Under the pieces are notes generated by a model. The model worked only from the letters and a program-made list of their open reading frames with translations. It was not told the origin of the DNA and did no database searches. A program made the position numbers and the translations under genes. A stretch of DNA of 64,000 bases from Alphaproteobacteria bacterium (lineage in GTDB: Bacteria > Pseudomonadota > Alphaproteobacteria > Paracaedibacterales > CAITNM01), in contig JBAXJB010000001.1 in assembly GCA_037138055.1 (NCBI GenBank), positions 22,300-86,299 on the forward strand. Reading direction: 5' to 3'. Positions 61,667 to 64,000 of the stretch are shown here, one piece after another (positions within the stretch are counted from its first letter, which is position 1; every line of letters starts with the position of its first letter).

Positions 61667-63052
61667 ATGGTAAAAATTGTAAAATCAACAATTCAGACGC
61701 TTGTAAAGGTGACAGGATATCTGTTGTCACATGGGGCATTGCGAGCTCTTGTAAAAAGCCTGGCAGTCCAATTAGTTATTTCTTTGTCTTTATTCGCGGA
61801 CAGTAATCCGCTTGATGGCTTTAATGTTACTGTGAAAGATTTAGTTGTTGCAGGAAAAACTGTACGAATTTCTCCTTTCAAGGGCATTGGTGTCGTTACT
61901 GTTAATCTGTGTTTCAAGAATACAGGAGACAAACTATCTCCGAAACAAAAAGAAGCTCTTGTAGCCCTGCTTTGCAGGGCAATGGGTGAAGTAACTCAAT
62001 CCAAAACTCGTGAGCAGATGCAAGCTTATGCTCGTGAACACAATGTGCACGTATCATTTGGTAGTAGTGATGATAATTTTACTGTTACAGGAAAATGTCC
62101 ATCCGATAAGCTTTCTGAGCTTTTTCATTTGATTAAAGATATTCTTTTTCATTCACAATTTTACGATTCTGATCTGATACGATTTAAAAATGAAATGGCT
62201 GCAGGAATGTTACAGGCAATGCAGTCACCAGATACTCAATTAGACCAATTAATGAAAAAGGTAATTTTTAAAAATCATCCGTATGGCACGCTGAACAAAA
62301 CTTACCTCGCGAGTTTGAAAAATATTAGTGTCGATGATTTAAAGTCATATATGAGAAAGTGCTTCACTCAAGAAAATATTATCATTTCAGCTTGTGGAGA
62401 TATTGATGAAGATGGGCTTGCTGTCCATATCACAGATGTGGTTACGGCCTTACCTAAAACTTTCAATGTTGCTTTGCCGGAAAATGTGCAAGTGGTTGGT
62501 CCGTATCAAGAACATACTCAAGCATTTCCTGTGCCCCAAACCTTAATTCACTTTTTACATGCCGGTATTAATGCGCATCATCCTGATTTTTTTGCCTTGC
62601 AGATTGCAATGGGGTGTTTGTCTAATCCCAATATAGGGGTTTTATGGAAAAAAATTCGTGTAGAAAAAGGCTTAACCTACAATATAGGTGCAGGTTTTGC
62701 GATTCAAAATCATTATAATTCTTTTAATATCTCAACTTCTACTCAATCAGAAAATGTAGAAAAAACTATTTCTTCTATTAAAGAGGTTATTGTGGATGTT
62801 TGTGAAAATGGCTTTTCAGCTGAATTAGTCGAAATTGTTAAGAAAAGCTTTTTAGGAAACTACAAACGTTCTTTCGCTTCAACGTCCCATATAACAACTA
62901 GGCTTACAAACTATCAGCTTGATGGCCGTTCTGTAGATTTTCATAATATTCTCATTGAAAAAATCTCGAACCTGACTACTGATGAGATTAATGAAGCTTT
63001 TAAAAGGTTTATGAAGCCAGATCAATTTGTTGTGTTCATGGTGGGTAAATGA
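61667..63052 (+). CDS. M16-family peptidase-like protein, likely non-catalytic subunit
   Basis: 461 aa with M16 fold-like blocks, but I could not find an HxxEH motif. It is coupled to the next M16 gene through an ATGA overlap. Confidence 0.75.
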   Translation: MVKIVKSTIQTLVKVTGYLLSHGALRALVKSLAVQLVISLSLFADSNPLDGFNVTVKDLVVAGKTVRISPFKGIGVVTVNLCFKNTGDKLSPKQKEALVALLCRAMGEVTQSKTREQMQAYAREHNVHVSFGSSDDNFTVTGKCPSDKLSELFHLIKDILFHSQFYDSDLIRFKNEMAAGMLQAMQSPDTQLDQLMKKVIFKNHPYGTLNKTYLASLKNISVDDLKSYMRKCFTQENIIISACGDIDEDGLAVHITDVVTALPKTFNVALPENVQVVGPYQEHTQAFPVPQTLIHFLHAGINAHHPDFFALQIAMGCLSNPNIGVLWKKIRVEKGLTYNIGAGFAIQNHYNSFNISTSTQSENVEKTISSIKEVIVDVCENGFSAELVEIVKKSFLGNYKRSFASTSHITTRLTNYQLDGRSVDFHNILIEKISNLTTDEINEAFKRFMKPDQFVVFMVGK

Positions 63053-64000
63053 AATACATTTTAACGCTTCTAGTCAGTCTTTTTTTTAGCTGCTTGCATG
63101 CAAAAATTATTCCACAAACAGCTACATTAAGTAATGGATTGAAGGTCATTGTTTTTCAAAATCCATTATTACCTTCGGTGAGTATTTTAACAAAATATGA
63201 CATAGGAACTGCTGATGATCCGTCTAGCATGGTCGGCTTATCGCACATGCTTGAACACATGATGTTTAAGGGATCTTCAAAATATCCAGCTGGTTCTATT
63301 GATACCATTCTTAATAGCTGTGGTGGAACTTGTAACGCTCATACTAGTTTTGATAACACTATCTATACGTTTGATTTGCCTGCGGAACATTTAGAAGTGG
63401 CGTTAGATATTGAAGCTGATCGCATGGAAAACCTTAATATTATAGAAGAAGAGTTCAGGCCTGAACAAAAAGTTGTGATGGAAGAGCGTCAAATGCGATT
63501 GGGTAATCATCCATTTCGTACTTCTGCTGAGGTTTGTCAGCGTGCTCTGTATGCAGCGCACCCCTATGGTATTTTTCCCATTGGCTACGAAGCGCATATA
63601 AAAGCGTACACAATCGAAGCGTTAAGGGCGCATTACGAAAAATGGTATGTGTCGAACAATGCTACCATTGTAGTAGTCGGGCCTTATGATTTGGCATATG
63701 TGCTGCCTAAAATTGAAGATAAATTTGGAAGTATTCGTTCAAAAGAATTACCAGAACATACACGCATTGCTGAGCCTGATAGAGATGGTCTAACCACAAC
63801 AATCGAACAAGAAAATCCTCGTGCAGAGAACATTTATATTAGTATTTCATATCGAGTGCCAACTTTGATTACAAAACCAGAATCCTATCTTGCAATGCGA
63901 ATGCTAGAGGGCACTCTTACGGGGTCAGACTCTAGATTGCTTTACAAAAAAATGGTTAAAGAAAAGCGTTTAGCATTAGGCATTTCTTGTGATTATGCAT
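63049..64000 (+). CDS. M16-family zinc peptidase (pitrilysin-like), 3' end outside window
   Basis: Own translation from ATG 63049 gives MKYILTLLVSLFFSCLHA... (signal-like), with LSHMLEHMMFKG (HxxEH zinc motif) and downstream EERQMR. It is open to the window end, so it is absent from the ORF track. Confidence 0.85.
   Translation, partial: MKYILTLLVSLFFSCLHAKIIPQTATLSNGLKVIVFQNPLLPSVSILTKYDIGTADDPSSMVGLSHMLEHMMFKGSSKYPAGSIDTILNSCGGTCNAHTSFDNTIYTFDLPAEHLEVALDIEADRMENLNIIEEEFRPEQKVVMEERQMRLGNHPFRTSAEVCQRALYAAHPYGIFPIGYEAHIKAYTIEALRAHYEKWYVSNNATIVVVGPYDLAYVLPKIEDKFGSIRSKELPEHTRIAEPDRDGLTTTIEQENPRAENIYISISYRVPTLITKPESYLAMRMLEGTLTGSDSRLLYKKMVKEKRLALGISCDYA

Noticed and set aside
1-64000. Window-wide look for CRISPR arrays, tandem or interspersed repeats, rRNA, tmRNA, RNase P or SRP RNA, group II introns or retrons, toxin-antitoxin pairs and known defence genes
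   Set aside because: None were recognised by eye. All gaps above 100 nt were read on both strands and contain only promoter-like AT-rich sequence and short hairpins. A computational repeat and covariance-model scan (Infernal/Rfam, CRISPR finders) would be needed to exclude them formally.

Overview
The window is AT-rich and extremely gene-dense: about 55 CDS and 2 tRNAs, with no intergenic gap much above 200 nt. It reads as core chromosome of an alphaproteobacterial intracellular symbiont, Rickettsiales- or Holosporales-like. Alphaproteobacterial markers include a PopZ-like DUF2497 protein, a HIG1-type twin-TM peptide, a DUF1058 SH3 protein, a DUF3035 lipoprotein, yfgM-bamB-der and rimP-nusA-infB. 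Host-dependence markers include a TLC-family nucleotide transporter, three adjacent MFS importers, PutA, a giant NAD-GDH and GS. Recognisable housekeeping genes are dnaK, tuf, lepA, dut, lipB, glnA, gyrA, putA, plsC, ugd, der, def, infB, nusA, xerD, uvrA and rpiB. By eye I found no CRISPR array, rRNA, transposase, phage integrase, or recognisable defence or toxin-antitoxin module. Nothing here is demonstrably a new system from sequence alone. The best candidate is a translationally coupled minus-strand operon (31528-37016) of an orphan polytopic membrane protein, an AsnB-like amidotransferase, an ArnC-like GT2 and Ugd, which looks like an undescribed lipid-linked uronic-acid or uronamide envelope-modification pathway. 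Other observations worth a second look:
- a LysR regulator divergent from the nucleotide transporter, with a perfect 7-bp dyad between them
- a signal-peptide-bearing SAMHD1/COG1078-type HD hydrolase
- a glnA operon with three GNAT domains
- a CIRCE-like operator on dnaK
- tRNA-Pro(GGG) abutting putA
- a polytopic membrane protein with a proline-rich tail
- convergent genes sharing overlapping stop codons or a palindrome
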